DNA from: Amoebidium appalachense
Lineage: Eukaryota; Protista; Ichthyosporea
Assembly: GCA_963693365.1 (NCBI GenBank)
Contig: CAVNZM010000012.1
Span: forward strand, 9,118,001-9,182,000
Direction of reading: 5' to 3'
DNA: 64,000 bases
Positions 1-12,295 of this stretch are shown here, in pieces (position 1 is the first letter of the stretch; every line of letters begins with the position of its first letter). Made by a program: the position numbers and the translations under genes. The notes under the pieces are model-generated. The model did no database searches and was not told the origin of the DNA. It saw only the letters and a program-made list of their open reading frames with translations.

Positions 1-259
1 TAAGTGGGTGGATGTGAAGGTATGGTTAAGGCTGTATATGCGTTAAAGCTTGCATGTGCGCCTGTGTATGTGTGTGCACGCGCACGGTGCTAGTACCCGT
101 TGCTACTTGGCTCAATGTTTATGTTGCCACTGTGATGGTGGCTCTTGCGATGTCGCACCTTTTATTGGACATCTTCCAGATGCTACGTGTGACTGTGTGC
201 ACGGGTATTTGGACTGTGTGTATGATGTGCTTATACTGTGTGCAAGCATATTTTTACTG

Positions 260-650
260 TGTGGTGGTGTTTGTATTGTGTGCATGTAGGGCATTTATAC
301 TCTGTGTGGTGTTTGTACTGTGTGCATGGGTCATTTATACTCTGTGTGGTGTTTGTACTTTGTGAATGGGCCATTAATACTCGGTGTAACGGTTTGTACT
401 GTGTGCATGAGGCATTTATACTCGGTGTGATGTTTGCACTGTGTGCATGGGGCATTTATACTCGGTGTGGTGTTTGTACTGTGTGCATGAGGCATTTATA
501 CTCGGTGTGGTGTTTGTACTGTGTGCATGGGGCATTGATACTCGGTGTGGTGTTTGTACTGTGTGCATGGGACATTGATACTCGGTGTGGTGTTTGTACT
601 GTGTGCATGGGACATTGATACTCGGTGTGGTGTTTGTACTGTGTGCATGG
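260..650. repeat. 40-bp minisatellite, about 10 copies
   Basis: Tandem unit GGCATTTATACTCGGTGTGGTGTTTGTACTGTGTGCATGG with few substitutions and no unique spacers. Confidence 0.9.
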
Positions 651-892
651 GGGGTTTGGTGTGTCCAAGGTACATGTAGGTATGTTGTGAGCTTTTTTGA
701 CTGTCTGCGCATTTTTATTATCGAAGTACCCACAGAAACCCCTTTATAGTGGGCTCTGTTCAAGTGTCTTCTGCCTGCACACTTTTGCTTTGTTCCATTT
801 CTAATTTTTTTAATTCGGGTTTTCATTGTTGTGACGTTTGGTATTTTGCCCTTTGGTGCCTCCTCCGTATTTCCAACCCTGCAATGCACACA

Positions 893-955
<63 letters not shown>

Positions 956-1068
956 ACGCACACACGTTCACTCCAAAGGTGTGGGTCACATCTTGTGTTC
1001 AACTGTGTTTTTAAATGTGAATCTATTTGCCAATTGCATGGTTTCTGCTCCATGCCGAGATCTAACAG

Positions 1069-1127
<59 letters not shown>

Positions 1128-1166
1128 ACCCACCCACCCACCCACCCACCCACCCACCCAATGCAG

Positions 1167-3229
1167 GCACCAGTGAGAATGGCAGTCCCCCCGACTGCCC
1201 GTTGGGATTTTTCCGCACCAAAAGCGGTTGCTACTCGATGTGCAGTCGGGGCTTCCTCTTCATTCCGGGCCGGGGTTGCACGGCCCAGCCCGACCCGGAA
1301 ACCACAAACACCCCCACCCTGTCGTCTGCGACACCCTCCTTGGGTGCTGTTGCTGATGGTGTGAGTGTGGGGCAGCCCAGCCCTTCAGACCCCTACTGTG
1401 TGACTGTGAATAGGCGCCTGCTGCAGGTGGGGGACAGCTACATGGCAGGCATGTGTAGCCAGTGCTCGTGTGCACGTGGGGGGGTGGTCGTGTGCATAGA
1501 CACGTGCATCCCCTGCACCCTTCCAGACGGAACGGAAGTGGCCGAGGGGGCCACGGCCACACCCAGCGCCTGTCAGACATGCACATGCAGGGGTAGGGTG
1601 CTCACGTGCACACACACGTGCCCTGTGCCCAGTGGGGTGTCGTGCCGCAGCAAGGACGGCATTGTGCTTGTGGATGGATTCTCGGGGTGGATCGACACGT
1701 GCAATCGGTGTGACTGTAAGGCCGGCCAGCTGCTGTGTGCATACACGTGTGTGCTGCCTGGCGCCATAGCCCTGTCTCTCAGCCCCCCACAGCCGGAACC
1801 ACAACCACACCAACTTGTAGATACAAAGTCAGCATCGGCAGCACCAACCACCACCCAATCAGAATCTATAGCCGAGTCGACCTTGCCTACGTCATGGGTG
1901 CACATACCGTGCTATATGGAGGGTGGGTCAGTAATTCCGGACGGTGCACGTGGGTGGACGAGTTCGTGTGAGCTGTGCACGTGCACACAGGGCCGGCCTT
2001 CGTGTACCTATAAGTGCCCTAAGGCGGTAGCGGCACCACGCACGGCATCCCCTAGTACAAATACCCCTACAGGTGTGCCTATGCTCCTCCCACCCGCACC
2101 AATGGCAGCCCCTCAACAGACTGTGCCCGTGTTATTGGTTCCCGTCATCAAGCCCTCGTGCACACTTGCGGGGGGGATTGTTCTAGAACGTGGTGCGTCT
2201 GTGCAGATCGACACGTGCACACGCTGTGTGTGTGATGACACAGGCACACCGGTGTGCACTTTGAGTTGCCTTGAGTCCATCCGCCCACTGCAACCATCAG
2301 CAACACCCACACAGACATCAACCCCTACACCGACGTCGACACTTGCAACGGAACAAATTCCGGCGATTATACCACCCACCACAACATCGGCACCCACACC
2401 ACCCACCAGTACTGTTATATCTTCACCCACACCACCCACCACTAATATCGTTTCTACACCCACACCAACCACCACTAATACTATTTCGGCCCCCACACCC
2501 ACTACCACTATTATTGTTTCTTCACCCACCCCACCCAACACTACCACTAATATTCCTTCACCTGCACCTCCACCTATCACTAATATTATTGCTGCCCCCA
2601 CACCACCACCCACCACTAGCATTACTTCTTCGCCCACACCATCTACCACTACTATTATTCTTTCACCCACACCACCCGCCACCACAACTCTACCCACACC
2701 ACCCACACCTACGGTACCCCCCACCGCCAACACCCCCGTCCCCAGCCCAGCAACGGGCTTTGGCATCCGTCTCGACCAGACCCCATCCACCCTCCTACCT
2801 CCACCCGCATCCACCACTACCGGTGTTTCTCAAGGTGTGGCAGACCCTTCACCCCCCTCCACCACAGCACCAAACATAACATCGCTCACCCCCGTACCGG
2901 CACCCACATCATGCATCCTCCCCGACAAGCGGATTGTTCCAGACCGTTCCACCGTCGCCCTCGATGCCTGCACCCTGTGCACGTGTGCAAACGGTGTTGC
3001 CACGTGCACACCCACGTGTGTGCCCCTAGCAACGCAACAACCAACATCCCCTCTGAGTACGGACACTGCAAGTTTGGTTCTCCCAACCCCTCGTTCTAAG
3101 GCGGCGGCTGGGTGCCAAACACCGGACGGGAAGATGGTGGAAGTGGGTGGAACCTTCGAGAATGGACCCTGCCAGGTGTGCCTATGTATGACTAGTGGGT
3201 ATGTGCGGTGTGCGGCGCTGTATTGCTAG
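1167..3229 (+). CDS. Terminal exon of a probably extracellular protein with seven 6-Cys VWC-like modules and a Pro/Thr mucin-like region
   Basis: Poly-C tract then ATGCAG acceptor (AG at 1165-1166); frame open to TAG at 3229. Repeats of the form C-x~18-C-x2-C-x-C-x6-7-C-x3-4-C, e.g. CRSKDGIVLVDGFSGWIDTCNRCDCKAGQLLCAYTC, plus PTPPTT-type repeats. Upstream exons not identified. Confidence 0.8.
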
Positions 3230-3973
3230 CGTGCTTAATTAGGTGCACACACCGCCGCATATGTGATCATATAAGAAATAGAGATAAAACACTGGTCAAC
3301 ATGCATCTGTAAATATATCCGGGTAATGTGGGATGTAAGTGCAACATGTAGTTAGTTTCCAGCGCTAACCAATAGGCTTGGGTGGTTTACAGTTGTTCAC
3401 TTACTAGGAGTCTTATCTGTCATGTATCTTTTTTAGCCAGTTGGTGTTCACCTAGGGAACTATTTAGCACAAAAAAAAGTATCACTTCAGAATTCAAATC
3501 GTTAAGAATACCGAACTTTGCAGGTATTTCGTCGCTTCTCATGTAAGGAACGGGTGCACCCATCTAAACATCTTCACGATGAAAGTGCGTTTTGCTGTTT
3601 CTGATTTTCTGCCATTTTTGGAGAACATAGGTCCTTTATAGATATGTTTGCATATTCAGAATATGTGAAACTCCTGTATACACTTTCCCATTAGCAGCCC
3701 TTCCCTTCCACATTATGTATTCAATACTGAGGTCGTGGTGTCGGGGTAACTTACGGCCCCGTGGGTCAGCCGTGAATACTGCGACTGTTTAAAATTACAC
3801 TTAAATATTTAAAAGACTGTTACGGGCTGCATGCTTAATGCCGAGTAACTTTGAAATTTAGCCTAGATATGTGTATGGCCGTGGCCATGAAGGCGAAAAA
3901 TCTTTGGGTGGGTGGGTAGACATCCCATATGCATGGCTGCTGGGTTCACTATTATCCTCCTTCTCCCCCCCCC

Positions 3974-4004
<31 letters not shown>

Positions 4005-4477
4005 ACACACACCGTACTCCCTCATGCACTCACACAAAAGGTCCTCGAGAGGAGGGCCCCGGGGGGAGGGGGGGGGGAGGGGAGATACACAACACCTATA
4101 TAGCGCTTGCATAATGTCTGGTTTCTGTACAAAACACAGGCAGAGCGTGCACGCCCTCACACACGCGCGTGCACGCGCGCACAAACACACAACACACACA
4201 CACACACACAAACACACATACATACACATGCACAAAAGGTGCATAGCCTCACAATGGTTTCGCACTCACATTTTAACCCACACCCACAGTCTGTCGTAGA
4301 CTTTGACTTGTGGCAACTACACACACACATATAGTGTTTATTTTCGTGTTTTATTGGAAACCAGACGAATTCTTCTGCTTGCTCGATAGCCTGCCTCGAA
4401 GCTTATTTTTGGAAAATTTTTTGTAGAACGTTATTACGCTGACATTTGTGCATGATTTGTGTAAGTTGTGCAGCCTC

Positions 4478-4523
<46 letters not shown>

Positions 4524-4728
4524 ACCCCCCCCCCCCCCCCCCCCCCCCGACCCCTCCTCTCTCTCTCTTTCTCTCCCCCTTCCCCTTCCCCTATCGTTTG
4601 AATAAAGCTGGAAAATGCCCTATATGGTGATTTAGGCTGGGGAGGGGGAGGGGGAAGGGGGGGGGGGGGGGAGGGGGGGGGAGGGGGGAGCTAAGAGGAG
4701 GAGGTGGTGGTGGTGGGGCCGGTTGTTT

Positions 4729-4761
<33 letters not shown>

Positions 4762-5060
4762 TGGGGGGGAAGGCTTGGGAAGGGTGATAAGGATACAGTA
4801 GTGGACAAAAGCTACGGGATCCGGGTGGGCCCCTTGTTGCTGCCAAACTGAGGCGTGCGGGGAGGGATGATTATAGACTCTCAGCGAAAAACATTCGTTT
4901 AGGGTAAAAAGATCAGTGAAAATTCAAGATCAGTAACTCTTGAATCCAACCCCCCCTCCCTTGCACCATGAGCACATCCACCACTCGTTGTGGTGTTGGC
5001 CAACCATGTGCACGTCGAGTTAGAAACTGTGCACCGGTGTTATGCTAAGTCAGATTGCTT

Positions 5061-5290
5061 GTGTGCATGCCCATATAAGGCATAATGTCCTTGCACATGC
5101 CTATAAATGGCAATATGCCCATGCACATGCCTATATATATGTATATTGCAATATGCCCAATGGCATGCACATGCCTATATATGGCAATATGCCCATGCAC
5201 ATAGCCATTTAAGGCATACTGCCAATGCACATGCCCATATACGGAATAATGCACATGCCTATCGTAGTAAGTCGTACCCCCATGCACCCT
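5061..5290. repeat. Degenerate ~30-bp minisatellite
   Basis: Recurring ATGCACATGCCTATA...GGCAATATGCCC units. Confidence 0.7.
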
Positions 5291-5395
5291 TTCTCACCAG
5301 TGCACATGTGTGCCTCTAGGCTCTCAATCTGCATTCACTGGGCCACCACTGATATACCGCCAGACGTTTGCACTAGCTGCACCACACTAGCCCAC

Positions 5396-5471
5396 CTTCA
5401 GTGTCGGTTCAACAGCAACATCAACACACAGTGATCGTGAGCCAGAGAAAAAGACAAACCTGCAAGTTCCT

Positions 5472-5502
<31 letters not shown>

Positions 5503-5642
5503 CCTCCCCACCCCCCCTTCCCCCCCTCCCCCTCCCCCCCCCCCCCCCCCCCTTCCTTGTCCCCCTCCACCTTCCTTCCCCCCTCGGCCCCGTTTCTCGC
5601 CTGAAGGACACAACTTGTAAAACTACATACATATATGCCCAA

Positions 5643-5706
<64 letters not shown>

Positions 5707-6421
5707 ACCCCCCGCAAAACAAAAACAAAAAAAAAAAAAATCCCTCCCCTCGGGCTTGCTCTTTCCGAGAACTCCTTTTCCCACTCCAAACTCCCCCCCC
5801 CCCCCCCTCCCCCTCCCTCCCCCGGGCCACCCATTCAACTTTACCGAATGCACCTGCCGCACATTGCCATGAACGCCACGCACGATTCAACCTCAAGCGG
5901 GATGTGTCCACTGCCTACCGTTTTAGTAAAGCACACTCTGGATGCATACACACCAAGAACCACTACACACAACCCACCATGCTGTGTGCACAAAAAATGC
6001 TCTACACAAATGCAAAGGCCAAGAAACATACAAGCACGTATACGCACGATACTCATATACACACGTGCAGAAACAGGAGACTTACACACGCCCTGCACAC
6101 GTGGGTCGCGTACACCGTAAGCACGAACACTAGATTTGGTGTTGGCACGTATGCGTACGTGTGCACACCGAGACGCACACACACGTGTATACACAGAGAT
6201 GCAAACAGACAGGCACCCACGTGCACATTCCTTGACGTGCGCACAAAGACACATGCACGAGCACAAAACAGAGTTACATACACACACACAGAGTTACATA
6301 CACACAGAGAGAGTTACATACACACGCGCGCAACAGGAAGACAGGCACTGTCACGTGCACGCACCAAGACGCATACCGACACACGTATAGCCGCCGCTTG
6401 AAATAGCGACTTTCCCACCCT
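5396..6421 (-). CDS. Possible internal exons of an unknown gene (6421-6377, 5910-5854, 5459-5396)
   Basis: Three short AG..GT-bounded segments with compatible phases give GWESRYFKRRLYVCRGHIPLEVESCVAFMAMCGRFVFFSGSRSLCVDVAVEPTLK. No family recognised. Confidence 0.3.
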
Positions 6422-7265
6422 CTGATTGCACCCGAGATGCGGAGGGGACCGGGGGGAGGGGGGAGGGGGGGGGAGGGGGCGGGGGAGGGGGTCATATTGT
6501 GGGGGACACTATTTCATAGTCAGCCACATTCACGTCCCAGTTACCCCCACCTTTTGCATTTATTAAGGGGCTTAGAGTTGATGCTCGAGTGATTCAGAAG
6601 TTGTGTTGACCAATCAGGTGCTCACATAGAACATAGGTTTTGACTTAAGCTGTGCAATGCTCAAGCGGCCCTCTATTGTTTCGACGAACATCACCTTCAC
6701 AGGCGTGGAAGGGTGGGGAGGGGGCGAGTGGTGGTGGTGGTGGGGGGGGGGGGGGGGGGGGGGGGAGGGGGGGGGGGGGGCTATATTACCATGCATGATA
6801 TGTAACGACAGCTTTTTTCATTTATTCTTTTCTTTTTTTTGGGGGGGGGGGGGGGGGGGGGGGGGGGTCAGAGAGAGGGGGGGGGGGGGGGGGGGGGGCA
6901 CGGCCCTCTGAACACTGTGTTCAGAGGGCCGGTGGGGGGGGGGGGGGGGGGAGGGGGAGGGGACGAGGAGGAGGGGGGGGGGGGGGGGGGGGGGGATAGT
7001 ATATTGGGGCCTTAGTGTACGCGCCACAATAACTCGGTACACACACCAGCACTCCCAAATGTAAAGCGCACATGCATACACCACACCATCTTTATGTATA
7101 CACAGGATCCACAGGCTACACTCCTCAAGGGCAGGCATCTACATACATGGGTGAGCCCGCACACGCCCAGACACACACACACTCACTCACTCACTCACAA
7201 AAAGAAAAAAAACCAGACACACACACACACACACGCACACGCGCGCACACACACATACACACACA

Positions 7266-7355
<90 letters not shown>

Positions 7356-7447
7356 AAAAGGAAAAAAAAGCCAGACACACACACACACACGCACACGCAC
7401 ACACACACACACACAGACACACACATACACACGCACACACGCACACA

Positions 7448-7481
<34 letters not shown>

Positions 7482-7695
7482 CACCCACACCCACACATTG
7501 TATGAATACCAGCAGTTCATATCTTCAACAGCGCAACATGCGCTATTTCCATTCATGAATACATTCCAGTGCACTATACCGTAGAAACAGTTGAGTCGGG
7601 TCATTGCTACGGATGTTGCCAAAGTAGGGTTCAATCGGTAGTATATGAGGTGCATGCGTTGCTCAGAATAACTATATACACGGTACTAAGAGAAA

Positions 7696-9669
7696 CACCA
7701 CTCCCCCAGCAGCCACCACCGGTAGGGTCACCACCAGGACACAAGTGCACGGCCCACCCGGCTGACCTGCCGAGCCCACCCACTCCCCGGAGGCTCACCT
7801 ACACCGCCTTGGTGCCCCAGGCCACCTATGCCGAGTGGCAGCAGCAAATCACTCTGCTCCCCCCAGACCAACCGATCACCGTTTATACGGACGGCAGCCT
7901 CACCTACCCGGGCAGGAGGATAGCCCAGGCCGGAGTCGGGGCTGTGCTGGACACCCCGGACCGGAAAGCACCACCAGTGACGGCCAAGACCAGGCACTAT
8001 ACGGCCCGATCATCCACCCAAGCCGAACTCACAGGGGTTCTACTAGCCCTCCTGCTCACCCCCACCCCCACCCCCATCCACATCAAGCGCGATAACCTCG
8101 GAGTAGTCGACCGATGGGGGGCAAACATGGACCCCACCACACCCCCTCGACGCAAGCTAAAGTTCCCCGACATAGTGGAATGGGCTCACGACGTACGAGA
8201 CCAACTCTCCCTACGGCAACGAGGCTCTGCACAGGTATCCTGGGTGAAGGGGCACCAATCCAACACCAAACGGTACGGTCAACGGAATAACGAGGCAGAC
8301 AAGGCAGCCAATGCAGGAAGAGCCCTCCCCTCCCCCCCCCCCCCTACCTCCGGCCCCGGGGGGGGGGGGAAATACTTCTTAAGACTACAAGGCCACCGTA
8401 TCCCCGGCAACGTTCCCGGTACACTGAACCGGTTGAACAAGGACTTCCTCACCGACATGGTTGGCAAGACCAAGGCTATGTCCATGCTAGCCGACCCCAG
8501 ACTGCTCCCAGCCGAACGGAACCCCCTCAAGCTCAACAAGGGGCCCGCACAGGCAACCATCGGGCCCGTCAGACTGAGGCAGCACTCGTAGCCTGTCCCT
8601 GGCTATGGGCACCCTGCTAACCATGACACGGCTACACCGAGATCACCCCACCGTCGTTACACAGCCCACATGCCCCCGGTGCAGCCAGCACCCTAAGACC
8701 ACCACCCACTTCTGGGCCTGCCCGGCCCATGCCGGGGAGGTCCTCACCCTGACCACGGCCATCACAGCCTGCATCCACAACGTCCTGCACACTCGTCATC
8801 CAAACACCCCACGGCACAGCACCAACATACGGCAGCCACGGTGGTAGACCAATGTGCATGGATAAACTGGATAGGAGGCAACGGTGACCCACCAGACCCC
8901 GAAGCCATCAAGTGGGTCGAACGGGGACTCTGCCCACGATCGGTGGGCCCACTGCTTGCAGCCGCCGGCACCACCAAGACCACCACCCGGGCCATCTTAA
9001 AAAAAAAATCACAGTAGAGTTGCAGTCCTTTTTCTTTTCAAAATTTGGCACCCACGGAACACAACACTCCCCCCCACCCACCCCAAAATGCAAAAACACC
9101 ATATACCCACCACCCGTAGAAAGAAAAGTATGGCTCCCCAAAAACCCAAGACACACACAAATACACCCCCAACACACACCCGGTCAGCCTGTTCTGACTG
9201 TCGGAACACACACAGACCCAGTGCGCCCTGTAAATTAAACCCACCTTTTAGTTCACAAAAACATCGCCACAACATACGTACAACAACACATAATGTTAGG
9301 CAGCAACCCCCCCCCACCACCACCACCACACCCCATCATCCACCCATACCCACCGTAAATACTATACACAACATTTAGGACTTCCCAATACTGTAGATCG
9401 ACCAATGAGAGCCCTCGGTTAACGTTTATTGCTAGGTTTTGAATGGAGGGGAGGACTGGAGCCTCCTGCCGGCGTGGCTGGGGTAGTAGCCCTGGGCAAA
9501 GTTTGTACTGATAGTTAGGCTGTGAAGGATGGTTTAAATTAGCTGAACTCATAGATAGCACCTTAACTAGTGTACTGTCGGTGCTGTGTGGTAGACGGTA
9601 GTTTCCCTAGAGGGCCTGAAAAGGCCCTCCGGGAACAAAACGTGATTGGAAAAAAAAAAAAAAAAAAAC
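7696..9669 (+). mobile_element. 5'-truncated non-LTR retrotransposon (RNase H + zf-RVT-like C-terminus) with poly-A tail
   Basis: 15-bp TSD CGGTACTAAGAGAAA at 7681-7695 and 9670-9684; A-tract 9650-9668. RNase H motifs VYTDGS, AELTGV, WVKGH, NNEADKAA; Cys/His motif CPRCSQHPKTTTHFWAC; late IWHPRN motif. ORF broken by stops and frameshifts. Confidence 0.93.
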
Positions 9670-10457
9670 CGGTACTAAGAGAAATATTCTATGAATAAGC
9701 TTCTAATCATAGTGGCTATGCATATTATAATACCAGGTTTGATTTATAGTACACTGCAAATATTTGCTATGGTCTAGCTACATCTCAATTCTGCGTTGCG
9801 AATAGTCCAAACAATCAGAATATCTATGTGTTCTGCTCAGATTCATTCATGCATACCCATCCACCATACCTCCAGGACCTCACGTCCTATCCTTGGCCAC
9901 ATAGGCGCTATTCCACCCATACTCCTCCACTTCGACCGTGTGTGTGGGCACGACCTTAGTGATGACCTTGAGACCAGACGCCTTCTTAAAGCAACCGCAG
10001 TAAGCAGGGTACAGTGTGCACCCCCTGTTTAAAGCACACCACTTGTGGCGGACCACTTGGGGCATGCGGCTGCGGCAGACACACACCTTAGGCTGCACGG
10101 TTACAGTGGGGGCCTGGGTGGGGATGGGTGCCGGTGCCGGTGCGGGGATGGTAAAGTCCACAAAGATGTTATCACTGCCCGTGGTGGTGGTGGTGGTGGT
10201 GGCGGCGGCGGCGGCGGCGGCGGTGGTGGTAGCCGGAGCCGTGGTTGTAGTACTGGTGGTGGTGGTGGTGGTGGTGGTGGTGGTGGGCTCAGGTTGTGTG
10301 GTTGTTGTTATTGTCTGAGAAGGGGTGGTGCTGGAGGAGGTGGTTTCGGTGGTGATGGTGGTGGTTGTAGTTGTCGGCTCCGTTGTTGTTGTTGTGGTAG
10401 TGGTGGTCGTAGGAGGCAGGGTTGTGGTTGTAGTGATGGTGGTAGTGGTGGGAGGAG

Positions 10458-11222
10458 TGTTGGAGTACACTGGTACTCCCGGCTAGCAATGTCTGTTAGA
10501 GAAAGTTTCTGAGCAATTGAATAACTGTTTCAACACTCACTCGAGTGCATAGAGCTTTTGTTTACGGTCATATTCATATATGGTAGTTATATGTTTGAGC
10601 CAAAACTGTACCAATGACGAGCTTCACTAGCAACGTGCTAATTGTGCTCATTAATTAATATTCCCGGTTCAGATGATGTCATGTCTATATTTGCCACAGG
10701 ATTCTATTCTTAGAGTGGTAGTGTGCTTTATTCCCGGATATTCTCAGAATATTTTTAGTTGTGTGAAGCAAGATTTACGTTTAACTGCAATTGGTGTGTT
10801 AAACACGTTTATTTGTGTGCTTTAGTGCAAGTTAACTAGCCACTCAACGTGCACAGTTAACTTTTATATCTTTAACGACTTGTTTTCATTGTGCTCTCTT
10901 TTCGGCCATGCTGTACATGGCCCACCACCAGGGTGCACACGAGGCCACCATGAGGTGGCCAACGACTATATAAAGCAGTGCCTCCCATGTCACAAACATG
11001 GGAAGCAGAACGTTTGATTTACACTTTTCTACTGTCGTTTCCAGTGCACAAAACACATAGACTAGTTACCCATCATACACGACACTATGTCTGACAACTT
11101 ACAGTTGCAGCAACTAGTCCAACTACTGGAGCAGAGGTTGGCCTCACAAGATGCAATCATTTCTGACTTACAGAAGGAACAACGTGCACTAGAACTAGCT
11201 TCTATGAACACAATGTCCAACA
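10458..11222 (+). repeat. Copia 5' LTR (765 bp)
   Basis: Direct repeat of 16766-17530 with no difference found by eye; TATATAAA near 10967. Confidence 0.97.
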
Positions 11223-12295
11223 GGGTTATGGGCCCCTCACGTAATGATTCCATCAAGTTCAAGGTCGACATCCCTCTCTTCACTGGCATTGATAATGATT
11301 CAGGCACGGACTACCACACATGGGCCGAAACCATGTATGTCCAGCTTTCTGGTGCTGGTCTTCTCCACACCATCGCGCCCAGTACGGAGCACCCGGCTAC
11401 CCGTGAACAGGTCGACACTGCCCGTTCCTACCTGTGGCAAGCACTCTCGATTGACGTGCGTTGTATCCTAGGGTTAACACGCACCACCACACCTGCGGAG
11501 ATATGGTCGGCCCTATCTGCCCACTACCTGGAGCAATCTGAGGCCAATCAGTACGACCTTATCGGGCTGTACATGAATTCTACGCCTGAACCTACGGACA
11601 CCGCGACGAAATACGCCATGAAACTCCGCGGCTACGTGCGGCGCCTGGCCGATTACGGCACACAAATTGGTGATGCTCAAGTGCTGACCAAGCTCACCAA
11701 CGACCTCGGCAAGGTGCCTTACTACGAAATGCCTGTAATTGCCTACAAGATGACACCCAAGCCTACCGTGATGGGCCTCCTCCAACAGCTACGGGCATAT
11801 GAGACCAGCCACCCACGTGCACGTGTGACTACCAGCTCCGGGCCGGCCGCCTTCACCACACGGGCTCCTCAACCTGTCATCTGCCACGGCTGCGGCAAAC
11901 CAGGCCACATCAAGTCTCAGTGCCCCAACGGCAACGGCCAACACAGCAACTCTGGCAACAACCGTGCCAGCACCTACCCCAAGGGTTCCTGCGTCAACCA
12001 CCCACTGTCTACCAGTCACACTACCGCCATGTGCAAGGGGGGCAACCGTGCCAACGGCCGCAAACCTAAGGGTGGTCCCCTCCTGCCTGGGTCCTGCATC
12101 AACCACCCTGCCTCTACTACCCACACTACGGCACAGTGCAAGGGGGGGCTGCCGCTCCCCGGGCTTTCCTCATGTCTAGCAACGACTGTGGCACCAACAA
12201 GGTGCTCCTCGACTCTGGAGCCACTGACCATGTGTGCCCCCGGCCCGATGTGTTCATCAACATGCGTGCGGCGCCTTACTCCACGGTCCAAGTAG
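11087..12295 (+). CDS. gag: Copia gag
   Basis: 402-aa ORF with EIWSALSAHY-type capsid region, CCHC knuckle CHGCGKPGHIKSQC and two CxNHPxSTxHTTAxC motifs. Confidence 0.9.
   Translation: MSDNLQLQQLVQLLEQRLASQDAIISDLQKEQRALELASMNTMSNRVMGPSRNDSIKFKVDIPLFTGIDNDSGTDYHTWAETMYVQLSGAGLLHTIAPSTEHPATREQVDTARSYLWQALSIDVRCILGLTRTTTPAEIWSALSAHYLEQSEANQYDLIGLYMNSTPEPTDTATKYAMKLRGYVRRLADYGTQIGDAQVLTKLTNDLGKVPYYEMPVIAYKMTPKPTVMGLLQQLRAYETSHPRARVTTSSGPAAFTTRAPQPVICHGCGKPGHIKSQCPNGNGQHSNSGNNRASTYPKGSCVNHPLSTSHTTAMCKGGNRANGRKPKGGPLLPGSCINHPASTTHTTAQCKGGLPLPGLSSCLATTVAPTRCSSTLEPLTMCAPGPMCSSTCVRRLTPRSK

Noticed and set aside
260-650. 40-bp repeat array as a CRISPR array
   Set aside because: Units are contiguous with no unique spacers, there are no cas genes, and the context is eukaryotic.
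749-1166. N-terminal part of the 826-aa ORF as coding
   Set aside because: Non-ATG start; poly-C and CA repeats ending in a CAG acceptor indicate intron.
12136-12150. Programmed -1 gag-pol frameshift
   Set aside because: The shift sits in a G7 run, copia normally has one ORF, and a similar 1-nt slip occurs at ~15225. Mutation or sequencing error is more likely; intact family copies would decide it.
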